Part shown: piece after piece, positions 43,100 through 53,344 of the stretch
Layout of the letters: every line of letters starts with the position of its first letter
Position numbering within the stretch: the first letter of the stretch is position 1
Assembly (NCBI GenBank): GCA_051891815.1
Contig: JBJFFO010000010.1
Span: 16,207-80,206 of the forward strand
Direction: 5' to 3'
Source of the DNA: Candidatus Nanosyncoccaceae bacterium
Lineage (GTDB): Bacteria > Patescibacteriota > Saccharimonadia > Saccharimonadales > Saccharimonadaceae
DNA length: 64,000 bases
Translations under genes and position numbers: made by a program
The notes under the pieces: model-generated
What the model was told of the DNA's origin: nothing
Databases searched by the model: none
What the model saw: only the letters and a program-made list of their open reading frames with translations

Positions 43100-44548
43100 A
43101 TGGGCAAAAAAATCTCTTCAAAACACGACGTTACTGGACGCAAGCTAATCTATCAGATTTATCCGACCGCTATCGGCGATCTGCGTGATATTAAGGATGC
43201 CTTGCCGCTTATCGCCAAGTTAAAACCTGACTATATTTGGCTAAATCCGATTTTTGTCAGTCCTTGGGTGGATGGCGGCTATGATGTGGCGGATTATTGC
43301 AAAATCGACCCCCGTTTTGGTATGATGGCGGATTTTAAACGCCTAGTTGCCGAGGCGAAGAAATATGATATTGGGATTTTGCTCGATCTAGTACTCAATC
43401 ACACCTCCAATCAGCATCCGTGGTTCCAGAAATCCATCATGCATGATAGTTGGTATAAAGATTATTATGTCTGGCTCGACAAGCCGCTCAACTGGAATTC
43501 CTTTTTTGGCGGCCCGGCCTTTGATTACGAGGCGCGCCGTGGCGAATATTATCTGCATCTTTACGACCAGTCGCAGCCCGACCTTAATTTTAAAAATCCA
43601 CGCGTAGTGCGCGAATTTAAAAACATCATCAAGTTCTGGAAAGATCAGGGCGTGGCGGGCTTTCGAGTTGATTCGGCTAATATTCTAACCGAGCGTAATC
43701 TTAAGCATGGCATGATTCCGCGCCTATCTGGCTTCTTCAGTTATTATCAGCCCAAAGATACCGTGCAAATTCTTGATAAATTGCTTGCTCAAGAGGACCT
43801 CTTTACAATCGCCGAGCCGGTTGGTGGTAATTTTATGAGCAAAAAGACTTTCCGCGGCCTTACGCAAAATGCGTTTAATGCCGCCTTTAATATCGGCACA
43901 CTGGATGTTGCGGATACGTACATGTCCAACAAAGAAAGAATTCGCTCCATCAACTACAAGCGCTGGTTAACTAAACTCGCCGACTGGAGCCAGGAGCCAA
44001 AGTTTTCGCTAGCTCTAGAGTCACACGATACGCCACGTGCCGTCAGTCGTTTTAATGCAAATCCGAAGGCGCTCTGCATGCTTGAATTTTGTTTGCCAGG
44101 CAATTATCCTTGCATTTATCAGGGCCAGGAACTCGGCACTAAAAACGCACATCTCAGCAATAATATCGATGATTATCCTGGCGTGCAGTCGCGCATGATT
44201 TATCGCCATTTGCGTCGTGAAGGCAAGACTAAGAAAGAAGCTATGCGTATTGTCAAGCACACATCGCGCGATAATGCACGTCAACCTATCGACTGGGGTG
44301 ACTATCTCTTGCAATCAAAAAATCCTGATTCTGTACTGGGCTTTTATTATCAAATGCTTAAAATCTGGCGTAACGACCCGGTGATGGCCGAGGGCAAGCT
44401 AAAAATTCGCTACATCGGTGCGCAGGGCGTGATGAACTTTAATCGCGTGCTTGGCGATCGTAGCTATTTTATCCATATTGACCTCACGGGCAAAACTTCG
44501 TCTTATCTTCGTAACGACAAGGGCGAAAAAATACTTCAAACCCGCTAA
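43100..44548 (+). CDS. GH13 alpha-amylase-family glycosidase (alpha-glucosidase / oligo-1,6-glucosidase-like)
   Basis: 482 aa. DYIWLNPIFVSP..GGYDVADY, LDLVLNHTS, GFRVDSAN and LESHDTPR correspond to GH13 conserved regions I, II and IV. Confidence 0.88.
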   Translation: MGKKISSKHDVTGRKLIYQIYPTAIGDLRDIKDALPLIAKLKPDYIWLNPIFVSPWVDGGYDVADYCKIDPRFGMMADFKRLVAEAKKYDIGILLDLVLNHTSNQHPWFQKSIMHDSWYKDYYVWLDKPLNWNSFFGGPAFDYEARRGEYYLHLYDQSQPDLNFKNPRVVREFKNIIKFWKDQGVAGFRVDSANILTERNLKHGMIPRLSGFFSYYQPKDTVQILDKLLAQEDLFTIAEPVGGNFMSKKTFRGLTQNAFNAAFNIGTLDVADTYMSNKERIRSINYKRWLTKLADWSQEPKFSLALESHDTPRAVSRFNANPKALCMLEFCLPGNYPCIYQGQELGTKNAHLSNNIDDYPGVQSRMIYRHLRREGKTKKEAMRIVKHTSRDNARQPIDWGDYLLQSKNPDSVLGFYYQMLKIWRNDPVMAEGKLKIRYIGAQGVMNFNRVLGDRSYFIHIDLTGKTSSYLRNDKGEKILQTR

Positions 44549-44648
44549 AAAATTGCGTCACCCCCTTTATCTACGTTGAAAATTATGCTATTATATAGCA
44601 AAGCCCTAAAAGGGCATTAAATACTATTGTCTAAAAATAAGGAAGAAA

Positions 44649-46742
44649 ATGGCAGAAAAAGTCACAGACCTATCGAAGTATAGGAACATCGGTATCATTG
44701 CCCATATTGATGCGGGTAAGACTACCACTTCCGAGGCGATTCTTTATCGCACCGGTCTCAAGCACAAAATCGACCTAGTGAAGGGCGACACCGGCGGTGC
44801 TACTACCGACTGGATGGAGCAGGAAAAAGAGCGCGGTATTACAATTACCTCCGCCGCTGTTACCGCCTACTGGAAAGGTCACAAGATCAACATTATCGAT
44901 ACCCCAGGACACATCGACTTTACCGCAGAGGTAGAGCGCTCGCTTCGTGTTCTTGATGGTGCTGTCGTAATCTTCGACGGTAAGATGGGCGTCGAAGCTC
45001 AGTCTGAGACTGTTTGGCGTCAGGCCGACAAATACGGCGTGCCTCGTATCTGCTTCGTCAACAAGATTAACCAAATCGGTGGCGATTTCTACAAGTCTCT
45101 CGATTCTATCCGCAAGCGTCTTTCAAAGAACGCCTTTGCAATTCATCTCCCAATCGGCTTCGAGAAGGAAATCAACGGTGTAGTCGACCTCATCACGATG
45201 AAGGCCTATACTTACAATGAATATGCCGACCACGAGCTTAAAGTTGGCGACATTCCAGCCGATATGCTCGAAAAAGCTAAAAATTATCGTTCTATTCTCG
45301 TCGAGGAAGCCGTTCAGGCTGACGAAGCTTTGATGGAGAAATTCTTCAACGAAGGCGAAGAAGCTATCACTGAAGACGAACTCAAGCGTGCCCTTCGCAA
45401 GCGCGTAATCGATGGTCAATTCTTCCTCGTTACTGGTGGTGACGGTCGTGGCGTTATCGTTGAGAAGGTTCTCGACCTTATTACCGACTTCTTGCCATCT
45501 CCACTTGATCTTCCTGCAATTCTTGGTAAGAATCCAAAAACTGGCGAAGACATTGTCCGCCACAGCGATGTAACTGAGCCTCTTACTGCTCTCGCATTTA
45601 AGATTGCAACCGACCCATTTGTCGGTAAGCTTATCTTTATTCGCGTTTACTCTGGTAAACTTCAATCTGGATCTTACGTTCTGAACGCTACGACTGGCAA
45701 CAAAGAGCGCGTTGGTCGTCTCGTCCGTATGTTCGCTGATAAGCGTGAAGATATTACTGAGATTACCGCTGGTGATATTGCCGCCGTTGTAGGTCTCAAA
45801 GATACTACCACCGGTACTACTATCTGTGACCCAGCTCATCCAATTCACCTCGAATCTATCGAGTTCCCGGAACCACCTGTATCTATCGCCGTCGAACCAA
45901 AGTCCAAAGCCGACCAAGAGAAGATGGGTATTGGTCTCTCGAAGCTCGCTGAAGAGGATCCAACCTTCCGCGTTCACACCGACGAAGAATCCGGCCAAAC
46001 CATTATTTCTGGTATGGGCGAACTTCATCTCGATATTATTATCGACCGCTTGAAGCGTGAATTTAACGTCGAAGCTAACACTGGCGAACCACAAGTTGCC
46101 TACCGTGAGACTATTCGTGGTGCCGCTGAAGCTCAAGGTAAGCACATCAAGCAGTCTGGTGGTCGTGGTCAGTACGGTGATGTTTGGGTCAAGTTTGAGC
46201 CGAACGAACCTGGCAAGGGCTTCGAATTTGTCGATATGATCAAGGGTGGCGTCGTCCCTCTCGAATATCGCAAGCCAACCATGGAAGGTATCAAGGAAAC
46301 TCTCGAAGGTGGTGTTATTGCTGGATACCCAGTACTCGATGTTAAGGCTACTCTCTATGATGGTTCTTACCACGATGTTGACTCCTCCGAGCTCGCCTTC
46401 CATCTTGCTGGTGTCCTCGCTACCCGCGAAGGTATCAAAAAAGCCAAACCAGTGCTCCTCGAGCCTGTCATGAAGATCGAAATCACCACTCCGGAAGACT
46501 TCATGGGCGACGTCATTGGCGATCTTAACTCTCGCCGTGGCCGCATCGACAGCATGGAAGACCGCGAAAATGGCATCAAGATCATTACTGGCTTCGTGCC
46601 TCTTGCAAATATGTTTGGCTACACCTCCGATCTTCGTGGTATGTCCCAAGGTCGTGCCGCTTCTACTATGGAGCTTCACGGCTATGAGGAAGTTCCACCG
46701 AACATCGCTCAGGAAATCATCGAAAAGCGCAACAGCAAATAA
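44649..46742 (+). CDS. fusA: elongation factor G
   Basis: 697 aa. [17 protein letters not shown] and DTPGHIDF. Confidence 0.97.
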   Translation: MAEKVTDLSKYRNIGIIAHIDAGKTTTSEAILYRTGLKHKIDLVKGDTGGATTDWMEQEKERGITITSAAVTAYWKGHKINIIDTPGHIDFTAEVERSLRVLDGAVVIFDGKMGVEAQSETVWRQADKYGVPRICFVNKINQIGGDFYKSLDSIRKRLSKNAFAIHLPIGFEKEINGVVDLITMKAYTYNEYADHELKVGDIPADMLEKAKNYRSILVEEAVQADEALMEKFFNEGEEAITEDELKRALRKRVIDGQFFLVTGGDGRGVIVEKVLDLITDFLPSPLDLPAILGKNPKTGEDIVRHSDVTEPLTALAFKIATDPFVGKLIFIRVYSGKLQSGSYVLNATTGNKERVGRLVRMFADKREDITEITAGDIAAVVGLKDTTTGTTICDPAHPIHLESIEFPEPPVSIAVEPKSKADQEKMGIGLSKLAEEDPTFRVHTDEESGQTIISGMGELHLDIIIDRLKREFNVEANTGEPQVAYRETIRGAAEAQGKHIKQSGGRGQYGDVWVKFEPNEPGKGFEFVDMIKGGVVPLEYRKPTMEGIKETLEGGVIAGYPVLDVKATLYDGSYHDVDSSELAFHLAGVLATREGIKKAKPVLLEPVMKIEITTPEDFMGDVIGDLNSRRGRIDSMEDRENGIKIITGFVPLANMFGYTSDLRGMSQGRAASTMELHGYEEVPPNIAQEIIEKRNSK

Positions 46743-46751
46743 TAGCTTCAT

Positions 46752-46779
46752 AAAATCCCTTCGCATTGAGGGGATTTTT
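46752..46779 (+). terminator. rho-independent terminator after fusA
   Basis: aaaatccc...gggatttt hairpin with a T-tract. Confidence 0.55.
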
Positions 46780-46817
46780 GATGAGATATTAAACAGTTTT
46801 ATAGCTTTCTGTAACAC

Positions 46818-46846
46818 TTTACACATTTAAAAAAATCGTATAAAAT
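46818..46846 (+). promoter_or_regulatory. promoter TTTACA-17-TAAAAT for tuf
   Basis: tttacacatttaaaaaaatcgtataaaat. Confidence 0.5.
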
Positions 46847-46916
46847 ATAGGTATTATTTGGGCTGGTTTAATATTAGCGCCCAAAAATTATTAAAAATAA
46901 AGGAGAAATACTAACT

Positions 46917-48101
46917 ATGGCAGAATTTGACCGTAGCAAGCCGCACATCAATGTCGGTACCATGGGCCACGTTGACCACGGTAAAACCACTTTGACCGCA
47001 GCTATTACGACCGTTCTTGCAAAGCGTCTTCCATCTGACGTCAACAAGCAGGTCGCTTACGACCAAATCGATAACGCACCTGAGGAGAAGGCTCGTGGTA
47101 TTACCATCGCAACTTCCCACCAGGAATACGAATCCGAAAAGCGCCACTACGCACACGTCGATATGCCAGGCCACGCCGACTACATCAAGAACATGATTAC
47201 CGGTGCCGCACAGATCGATGGTGCTATTCTCGTAGTTGCCGCTAACGATGGTCCACTTCCACAGACTCGTGAGCATGTTCTCTTGGCTCACCAGGTTAAC
47301 GTTCCAAAGATCATCGTCTTCTTGAACAAGATGGATCTTGCTGACCCAGAACTAGTCGAGCTCGTCGAGATGGACGTTCGCGAACTTCTCAACAAGTATG
47401 GCTACGATGGCGACAACGCTCCAATCATCAAGGGTTCTGCATTCAAGGCACTCGAAGGCGATCCAGCCAACGAAGACGCTATTATGGAACTCGTTCATGC
47501 TATGGACGAATACTTCGACATTCCAGAGCACGATCTCGACAAGCCATTCTTGATGCCTGTTGAGGATGTTTTCTCGATTAAGGGTCGTGGTACTGTTGCC
47601 ACTGGTCGTATCGAGCAAGGTACCGTCAAGATCAACGACGAAGTTGAAATCGTTGGTATCCGCGACACCCAGAAGTCTGTCGTTACCGGTATTGAGGCCT
47701 TCCACAAGACTCTTACCGAAGGTCAAGCTGGTGATAACGCTGGTCTCTTGCTCCGCGGTATTGAGCGCGAGCAAATCGAGCGTGGTCAGGTGATTGCCGC
47801 TCCAGGTAGCATCACACCACACACCGAGTTTGAAGCACAAGTTTACATCCTTAAGAAAGAAGAAGGTGGCCGCCACACTCCATTCCAGAATGGTTACAAG
47901 CCACAGTTCTACTTCCGTACTACCGATGTTACTGGTGAAGTCGAACTTCCAAAAGACAAAGAAATCGTCATGCCTGGCGATACTGTTACCTTCAGCGTCA
48001 AGCTTGGTAGCCCAATCGCTATGAATAACAATGACCGCTTCGCTATCCGCGAAGGTGGCCGCACTGTCGGTTCCGGTGTCGTTACTAAGATTGTTAAATA
48101 A
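46917..48101 (+). CDS. tuf: elongation factor Tu
   Basis: 394 aa. [15 protein letters not shown] and [18 protein letters not shown]. Confidence 0.98.
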   Translation: MAEFDRSKPHINVGTMGHVDHGKTTLTAAITTVLAKRLPSDVNKQVAYDQIDNAPEEKARGITIATSHQEYESEKRHYAHVDMPGHADYIKNMITGAAQIDGAILVVAANDGPLPQTREHVLLAHQVNVPKIIVFLNKMDLADPELVELVEMDVRELLNKYGYDGDNAPIIKGSAFKALEGDPANEDAIMELVHAMDEYFDIPEHDLDKPFLMPVEDVFSIKGRGTVATGRIEQGTVKINDEVEIVGIRDTQKSVVTGIEAFHKTLTEGQAGDNAGLLLRGIEREQIERGQVIAAPGSITPHTEFEAQVYILKKEEGGRHTPFQNGYKPQFYFRTTDVTGEVELPKDKEIVMPGDTVTFSVKLGSPIAMNNNDRFAIREGGRTVGSGVVTKIVK

Positions 48102-48116
48102 TAATCTTTCGTAGCT

Positions 48117-48152
48117 AAAAGCTCCTCCGTTTTACAACGGGGGTGCTTTTTT
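48117..48152 (+). terminator. rho-independent terminator after tuf
   Basis: aaaagctcctccgt-tttaca-acgggggtgctttt followed by more T. Confidence 0.65.
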
Positions 48153-48184
48153 ATTGAAAAAATCCTGAAATTATGAGAAAACTA

Positions 48185-48213
48185 TTTACAAAATAGCTAA
48201 TCTGTGATATACT
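48185..48213 (+). promoter_or_regulatory. promoter TTTACA-17-TATACT with TGn
   Basis: tttacaaaatagctaatctgtgatatact. Confidence 0.5.
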
Positions 48214-48295
48214 TAAAAAATGCACTCAAGAAACTAGAGTACATGCACCTTAACGGTGTCTTTCTTTGTTCTATTTTTAGAAAGGTGGGATTCCA

Positions 48296-49519
48296 ATGAA
48301 CAAAAGAAAACCAAAAGAGAAACTCGAAAATTGCTACGTCTGCATCGTTGCAGGTGGCCGAGGCACGCGCCTCTATCCGATCTCCAACCCCCTGCATGAG
48401 AAGCAGTTCTGCTACGTCTCTGACGGTGTGGAGTTTATCGCCGATACAGTCAACAGATTCGTTGGTGCCGGCATCGATCCGCAGAAGATCATCATCGTGG
48501 TAACCAGCGAGCGTCAACGCGACCTTGCCAAAGACATCACACTCAAACTTGGTGTGATTTCGCCAAACATCATCATCATCGACCCCGATCATGGTTATGT
48601 TGGTGCGATGGCCGACGGTACTTTCTTTGCCGAAAGCATCAAAGGCAGCAAAGACCCTGTCGTAATTGCGACTCCGGCCGACCAGTATGTCGACCAGTCC
48701 GATGGCGAGTTCAAAAAAGCGGTGCACCAAGCCTACGCTTCTGCGAAGGCTGGCTATCCGACTATCGTGGGCGTGACGCTTCGTGATCTCAGTAGCTTCA
48801 TGGGCTGCGGACACGCAATCTACGGTAAAGAATACAAATTCTCCGAAGATTTCGTTCTGCATGGCGTCAACGGCTTCATCGAGAAGCCTGCCGATCGGAA
48901 GAAAGCCGACCAGCTTATGCGTTCCAACACGACTGCTTGTAATACTGGCATTAATGCCTGGACGCCTTCCATGATCCGCGCCGCCATTGGCGACAAAGAT
49001 CCCTATGAGATGTCTACCGACGAGCTCATGGATGGCTTTGGCGACAAGTTGCGCGTAATCACTGGCAAGTTTGACTGGTACGATTGTGGCACCTTTAGCA
49101 GCTACTATCAGGTACTCAATCACGACGCCAATGACAATGCTTTCATCGGTGATGGCGACAGTGATTCGTCTCTGTCTGAGCGCTGCTTGATCTCTGCTGG
49201 CAAGAAGATTCATCTGCGTACTTCCAACACGACTAAAGAGTCGATTGTAGCCGAGTACGTGGGCGATATTCTGGTCGTCATGGACTGTGCCTTCAACTAT
49301 TCGCAGAAGGTTAAGCGTTTTGCGGATGATTGGTGTGGCGTTGGCGGCGAGATTCTCAACAGCATCTTTACGATCGACGCGCCGAACAACCATGTCCGCT
49401 TCACCAACATGAAGGGTAAGGCGGTTGTCGGCTTCCTGGGCGTATCTAATCACATGATTAGCATGTACGAGGAAGACGACTGTGTTTACGTCAGCTGTTT
49501 TGGTCCCGACAAGGAGTAA
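48296..49519 (+). CDS. sugar-phosphate nucleotidyltransferase (mannose-1-phosphate guanylyltransferase-like)
   Basis: 407 aa. CIVAGGRGTRLYPIS....KQF is the GxGTRL nucleotidyltransferase loop. GFIEKP resembles the ManC/CpsB FVEKP block. Confidence 0.8.
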   Translation: MNKRKPKEKLENCYVCIVAGGRGTRLYPISNPLHEKQFCYVSDGVEFIADTVNRFVGAGIDPQKIIIVVTSERQRDLAKDITLKLGVISPNIIIIDPDHGYVGAMADGTFFAESIKGSKDPVVIATPADQYVDQSDGEFKKAVHQAYASAKAGYPTIVGVTLRDLSSFMGCGHAIYGKEYKFSEDFVLHGVNGFIEKPADRKKADQLMRSNTTACNTGINAWTPSMIRAAIGDKDPYEMSTDELMDGFGDKLRVITGKFDWYDCGTFSSYYQVLNHDANDNAFIGDGDSDSSLSERCLISAGKKIHLRTSNTTKESIVAEYVGDILVVMDCAFNYSQKVKRFADDWCGVGGEILNSIFTIDAPNNHVRFTNMKGKAVVGFLGVSNHMISMYEEDDCVYVSCFGPDKE

Positions 49520-49536
49520 TAGGCACCCGAGAACTA

Positions 49537-49561
49537 GGCCCCTCACTTGCGGGGTCTTTTT
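49537..49561 (+). terminator. rho-independent terminator
   Basis: ggcccc-tcacttgc-ggggtc followed by TTTTT. Confidence 0.6.
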
Positions 49562-49562
49562 A

Positions 49563-49591
49563 TTGACATTATTTATTAAATACAGTATAAT
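49563..49591 (+). promoter_or_regulatory. consensus promoter TTGACA-17-TATAAT for rpsJ
   Basis: ttgacattatttattaaatacagtataat. Confidence 0.65.
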
Positions 49592-49683
49592 TTAGGCACA
49601 ATAATATTAATATTTCGTAAAAACTCATGGACGATACGTCTAGATATCATCTGAGGTTATACGAAACGTAAGAAAGGATAATC

Positions 49684-49995
49684 ATGGCAGAAGGTCTCAA
49701 GATTCGTATCCGCCTCAAGGCTTACGATCATCGCCTCATCGACCAGAGCGCAAAGCAGATTGTTGATACTGCTATCCGTACTGGCGCCAAGGTAAGTGGT
49801 CCAGTTCCACTTCCTACCAAACGTTCAACTTTTACCGTCGTAAAGTCCCCACACGTCTATAAGACCGGCGGTGAAGCTTTCGAGATGAAAATTCACAAAC
49901 GCTTGATCGACGTTATCGATGCTACTCCAAAAACCATCGATGCATTGCAGAATCTATCCCTCCCAGCAGGCGTAGACGCCGAAATCAAGATGTAA
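49684..49995 (+). CDS. rpsJ: 30S ribosomal protein S10
   Basis: 103 aa. [26 protein letters not shown]. Confidence 0.96.
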   Translation: MAEGLKIRIRLKAYDHRLIDQSAKQIVDTAIRTGAKVSGPVPLPTKRSTFTVVKSPHVYKTGGEAFEMKIHKRLIDVIDATPKTIDALQNLSLPAGVDAEIKM

Positions 49996-50006
49996 ATATC
50001 ACAATT

Positions 50007-50031
50007 GCCACTTCTTATGGGGTGGCTTTTT
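50007..50031 (+). terminator. rho-independent terminator after rpsJ
   Basis: gccacttc-ttat-ggggtggc followed by TTTTT. Confidence 0.6.
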
Positions 50032-50051
50032 GCTGAAAAATGCGAATAATA

Positions 50052-50080
50052 TTGACATATTAAGACGTTTATGCTATAAT
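50052..50080 (+). promoter_or_regulatory. consensus promoter TTGACA-17-TATAAT with TGn
   Basis: ttgacatattaagacgtttatgctataat. Confidence 0.65.
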
Positions 50081-50136
50081 GAAAGCATGTGGTCGCAATT
50101 TCGGCCACTAATTTGCTCTTTAGGAGGAAAGAAGCG

Positions 50137-50706
50137 ATGTGCACTGCTATTTATCGTCCGCGCGAACTTAAGGGTTATCTCAAAGCGACTCAGATTGAAG
50201 CCAAGCAAATCAAGGCTTTAAGAGATCAGCTCGAGGCTCAATTTGCCCGTGTCGCCAAGCTTGAATTCGTCAAGTTCACCACTGTGGCTAATGCAGTCAT
50301 CGAAAACAACCATCAGCACAACGTTCAGATGAAGACCACCATGCATAAGTATCTGAACGAGCTGAGAGAAAGTCGCAATCGTGCTGAAGCTATCAAGATG
50401 TCGCTTCATCTGCAAACGCAGAACACGCGTGTGTTGATTAAGTGGATGTTGAGATTTGACCCCGAGAAGTATATGTTTAAAACTAAACTTCATCGCGTCG
50501 AAACGCTTCACGACTACGCCGAAAAACTCGAACAGCGCACGACGCTATTCATCGGCTACTGCGACAGTCAGATTAAACTGGTGGAAGGTGCAATCGATGC
50601 CTATTCGGCTGCAACATTGCGCAATAAGCCTTTCGATGAGATGGCGCGCTACGCCATTATCGCCCAAAACGAGGAAGCCATAAACCGTTTGGCTTTTCCG
50701 GTCTAG
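50137..50706 (+). CDS. hypothetical coiled-coil protein inserted between rpsJ and rplC
   Basis: 189 aa from MCTAIYRPRELKG (AGGAGG RBS 9 nt upstream). All-helical, heptad-like composition. No family recognised. Confidence 0.65.
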   Translation: MCTAIYRPRELKGYLKATQIEAKQIKALRDQLEAQFARVAKLEFVKFTTVANAVIENNHQHNVQMKTTMHKYLNELRESRNRAEAIKMSLHLQTQNTRVLIKWMLRFDPEKYMFKTKLHRVETLHDYAEKLEQRTTLFIGYCDSQIKLVEGAIDAYSAATLRNKPFDEMARYAIIAQNEEAINRLAFPV

Positions 50707-50728
50707 ACTTAGTTTTCTCCATAACCCA

Positions 50729-50755
50729 CTCCCTGCATTTGCGGGGAGCTTTTTA
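50729..50755 (+). terminator. rho-independent terminator
   Basis: ctccctgc-attt-gcggggag followed by CTTTTT. Confidence 0.6.
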
Positions 50756-50784
50756 TTGACTTATTTTAATAGATGTGATACAAT
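50756..50784 (+). promoter_or_regulatory. promoter TTGACT-17-TACAAT with TGn for the rplC operon
   Basis: ttgacttattttaatagatgtgatacaat. Confidence 0.6.
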
Positions 50785-50944
50785 ACCTAGGTAAATTATA
50801 AGACAGATCAATTGGTGCAAGAGCCTGGTCTGGCAAAGAACGAGGTGCTATCCGGCCTTTCGGGGTTAGACATCGCACTAGTAAACCGCCAGATACCACT
50901 CAAAAGCCAACTGATTTTAATGTAATGGGAAAGGACGCCCAAAG
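50785..50944 (+). promoter_or_regulatory. ~160-nt untranslated leader of the rplC-rpsH operon (possible r-protein autoregulatory leader)
   Basis: No ORF. GC-rich pairing segments such as ggtgctatccggcc-tttc-ggggttagacatcgcac. Position is analogous to L4-regulated S10-operon leaders. Confidence 0.35.
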
Positions 50945-51565
50945 ATGAAAATCATCCTCGGCACCAAGATTGGTATGACCCAGATCATCGGTGAAGACGG
51001 TGTTGTTACGCCAGTAACGATCCTTCAAGCCGGCCCATGTACAGTGACTCAGACTAAAACCGTCGAGTCAGACGGCTATAGCGCTGTACAATTGGCATTT
51101 GGTCAGGGTAAGAATCTGAGCAAGGCCGTGTCCGGACACGTCAACAAATCCGGAGAAGATATCAAACCTAAGCATATCCGCGAATTCCGCGTCGATAGCA
51201 TCCCAGAAGATGTCAAGCTTGGTAGCAAGATCGATGTCACGAGCTTCGCACTCGGCGACAAAGTTCAGGTTACTGGCACCAGCAAAGGTAAGGGTTTTGC
51301 TGGTGCTGTCAAGCGCCACAACTTCCAGGAATCACGCAACACGCACGGTTTCAAGGGTAACATTCGTAGGGTCGGTTCTATCGGTTCTATGTATCCACAG
51401 AAGGTCTTCAAAGGCAAGAAAATGCCAGGCCGCATGGGTCATGACCGCGTAACCGTTAAAAACCTCGTCGTATCTTACATCGACGCCGAAAACAACCTTA
51501 TTGGTCTCAAAGGCGCTGTGCCTGGTCCAAACAAAGGTCTAGTAATGGTGGAGGGAAAGGAATAA
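50945..51565 (+). CDS. rplC: 50S ribosomal protein L3
   Basis: MKIILGTKIGMTQIIGEDGVVTPVTILQAGPC. Confidence 0.97.
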   Translation: MKIILGTKIGMTQIIGEDGVVTPVTILQAGPCTVTQTKTVESDGYSAVQLAFGQGKNLSKAVSGHVNKSGEDIKPKHIREFRVDSIPEDVKLGSKIDVTSFALGDKVQVTGTSKGKGFAGAVKRHNFQESRNTHGFKGNIRRVGSIGSMYPQKVFKGKKMPGRMGHDRVTVKNLVVSYIDAENNLIGLKGAVPGPNKGLVMVEGKE

Positions 51566-51566
51566 T

Positions 51567-52169
51567 ATGGCTACTGCAAAATTGAACAAAGACATATTTG
51601 GTCTTTCCGTCGATAATCACGAACTAGTTAAGCTCGCATACGACGCATATCTTGCCAACTCCCGCAGCTCTCACGCTAAGACTTTGAAGCGTGGCGAAGT
51701 ACGTGGTGGTGGTAAAAAACCATGGAAGCAAAAAGGTACTGGTCGTGCCCGTTTCGGCTCAACCCGCAACCCTATTTGGCGCCACGGTGGTGTAGCTTTC
51801 GGTCGCACCGGCGAAGAAAACTTCACCAAGAAAATCAGCAAGAGCGCAAAGCTTCAAGCTGTTCGTCAAGCTTTGTCTATGGCTAACGCCGACAAGCTCG
51901 TCAGCACCATCGCTGATTTCGCTCCAAAAGATGGCAAAACCAAAAATGCTATCAAAGATCTAAACATTGAAGCTGGTAAGAACTATCTCGTTGTAGTTCC
52001 AGAGAAAACCACTGAGATTCTTCGCGCTACTAACAATATCGCAAATCTCAAGGTTGTCCGCCCAACTTACCTCAACGTTTTCGACATCTTGAACGCTGAT
52101 CAAATCATCATCGTCGAGAAGGCTATGCCTGAAATCGAAAACTGGCTTATCGGAAAGGAGAACGCCTAA
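51567..52169 (+). CDS. rplD: 50S ribosomal protein L4
   Basis: GGGKKPWKQKGTGRARFGSTRNPIWRHGG. Confidence 0.97.
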   Translation: MATAKLNKDIFGLSVDNHELVKLAYDAYLANSRSSHAKTLKRGEVRGGGKKPWKQKGTGRARFGSTRNPIWRHGGVAFGRTGEENFTKKISKSAKLQAVRQALSMANADKLVSTIADFAPKDGKTKNAIKDLNIEAGKNYLVVVPEKTTEILRATNNIANLKVVRPTYLNVFDILNADQIIIVEKAMPEIENWLIGKENA

Positions 52170-52505
52170 ATGTTAATCCGTCCTATCCAAACCGAAAAAG
52201 CTTACCGCAAGCAAGCCGAGCGCGGTTACATGTTTATTGTGCCTGCAAGCGCAAACAAACAATCCGTCGCCGCTCAGGTCGCTTCGCAGTATAACGTCGC
52301 CGTTGAATCTGTTCGCATCGTACTCCGTAAGGGTAAAGCAACTAAGTTCAGCCGTGGTCGTCACGCTTATCCTGGCACCACTTACCGCCAAGACAAGAAA
52401 ATCGCTTTTGTAACTCTTAAAGATGGCGACAGCATCAAGATCTTCGAAGAAGTTGCCGAAGAAAACACTGAAGACAAGAAATCCGACAAGGGAGGAGATA
52501 AATAA
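52170..52505 (+). CDS. rplW: 50S ribosomal protein L23 (acidic/Lys-rich C-terminal tail)
   Basis: LIRPIQTEKAYRKQ...YMFIV...KIAFVTLKDG. Confidence 0.95.
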   Translation: MLIRPIQTEKAYRKQAERGYMFIVPASANKQSVAAQVASQYNVAVESVRIVLRKGKATKFSRGRHAYPGTTYRQDKKIAFVTLKDGDSIKIFEEVAEENTEDKKSDKGGDK

Positions 52506-53341
52506 TGAGTATCAAAGCTTATCGCCCAACCACGCCGGCACAACGTCAGAAAACCACTCAAGACTTTGATCAGATTACTACTCGTAAGCCTCTCAAAAGC
52601 TTGATCCAAAGCAAAAAGCAAAATGCTGGCCGCAACAACCAGGGTCGCATTACGGTTCGCCATCGTGGTGGTGGCGTCAAACGTCACTATCGTATCTTGA
52701 CTCACAATCTTCCTGCAGGTCTTACCCTTCGCGTTGAAGAAATCGAGTATGATCCAAACCGTAGCGCACGCATCGCACGTGTCAAAGATCAAAACGGTGT
52801 ATATTACTACATCCTCGCTGACACCAACATGCGCCAGGGTCTCGAAATCCAGACTGGTGAAGAAGCTCCAATCGAAACTTCCAACCGCATGGCTATCGAA
52901 CAAATCCCTGTTGGTACCCAAATCTACGCCATCGAGCTTACTCCAGGCAAAGGCGCTCAAGCCGTCCGCGCAGCTGGTGCATCTGCTCAGCTTATGGCAA
53001 AAGAAAACGGCTACGCAACTATCCGCATGCCATCCGGCGAAGTTCGTAAAGTTCTTACGACCTGTACCGCAGCTATCGGTGTAGTTGGTAACGTCCAGCA
53101 CCAAAACGTCAAGATCGGTTCTGCTGGTCGTAAACGCCGCAAGGGTATTCGCCCAACTGTACGTGGTGTCGTTATGAACGCATGTGATCACCCACACGGT
53201 GGTGGTGACGGCGGTCGTCACGGTTCTGGCAAAGCTCCACGCACTCCATGGGGTCAACTCACTTTGGGTTATCGCACCCGTCACAATAAGAAAACTAACA
53301 AGATGATTATCCGCAGTCGTCACCAAGGAAAGAGGAAATAG
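52505..53341 (+). CDS. rplB: 50S ribosomal protein L2
   Basis: GRNNQGRITVRHRGGG and NACDHPHGGGDGG. Confidence 0.98.
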   Translation: MSIKAYRPTTPAQRQKTTQDFDQITTRKPLKSLIQSKKQNAGRNNQGRITVRHRGGGVKRHYRILTHNLPAGLTLRVEEIEYDPNRSARIARVKDQNGVYYYILADTNMRQGLEIQTGEEAPIETSNRMAIEQIPVGTQIYAIELTPGKGAQAVRAAGASAQLMAKENGYATIRMPSGEVRKVLTTCTAAIGVVGNVQHQNVKIGSAGRKRRKGIRPTVRGVVMNACDHPHGGGDGGRHGSGKAPRTPWGQLTLGYRTRHNKKTNKMIIRSRHQGKRK

Positions 53342-53344
53342 TCT

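Noticed and set aside
44549-44648. Candidate promoter for fusA (ttgaaa ... tatata)
   Set aside because: The spacings between the possible -35 and -10 hexamers are only 7-10 nt. I could not build a credible sigma70 promoter, so none is listed.
45123-46826. 567-aa ORF on the minus strand
   Set aside because: It lies entirely antisense to fusA, whose EF-G identity is unambiguous. It has low-complexity, stop-free shadow-frame composition and no RBS or motif.
48197-49546. 449-aa ORF on the minus strand
   Set aside because: It is antisense to the nucleotidyltransferase gene, which carries a clear GxGTRL motif, RBS, promoter and terminator. It is a shadow ORF typical of GC-rich coding DNA.
52382-53326. 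314-aa ORF on the minus strand
   Set aside because: It is antisense to rplB (L2). No independent support.
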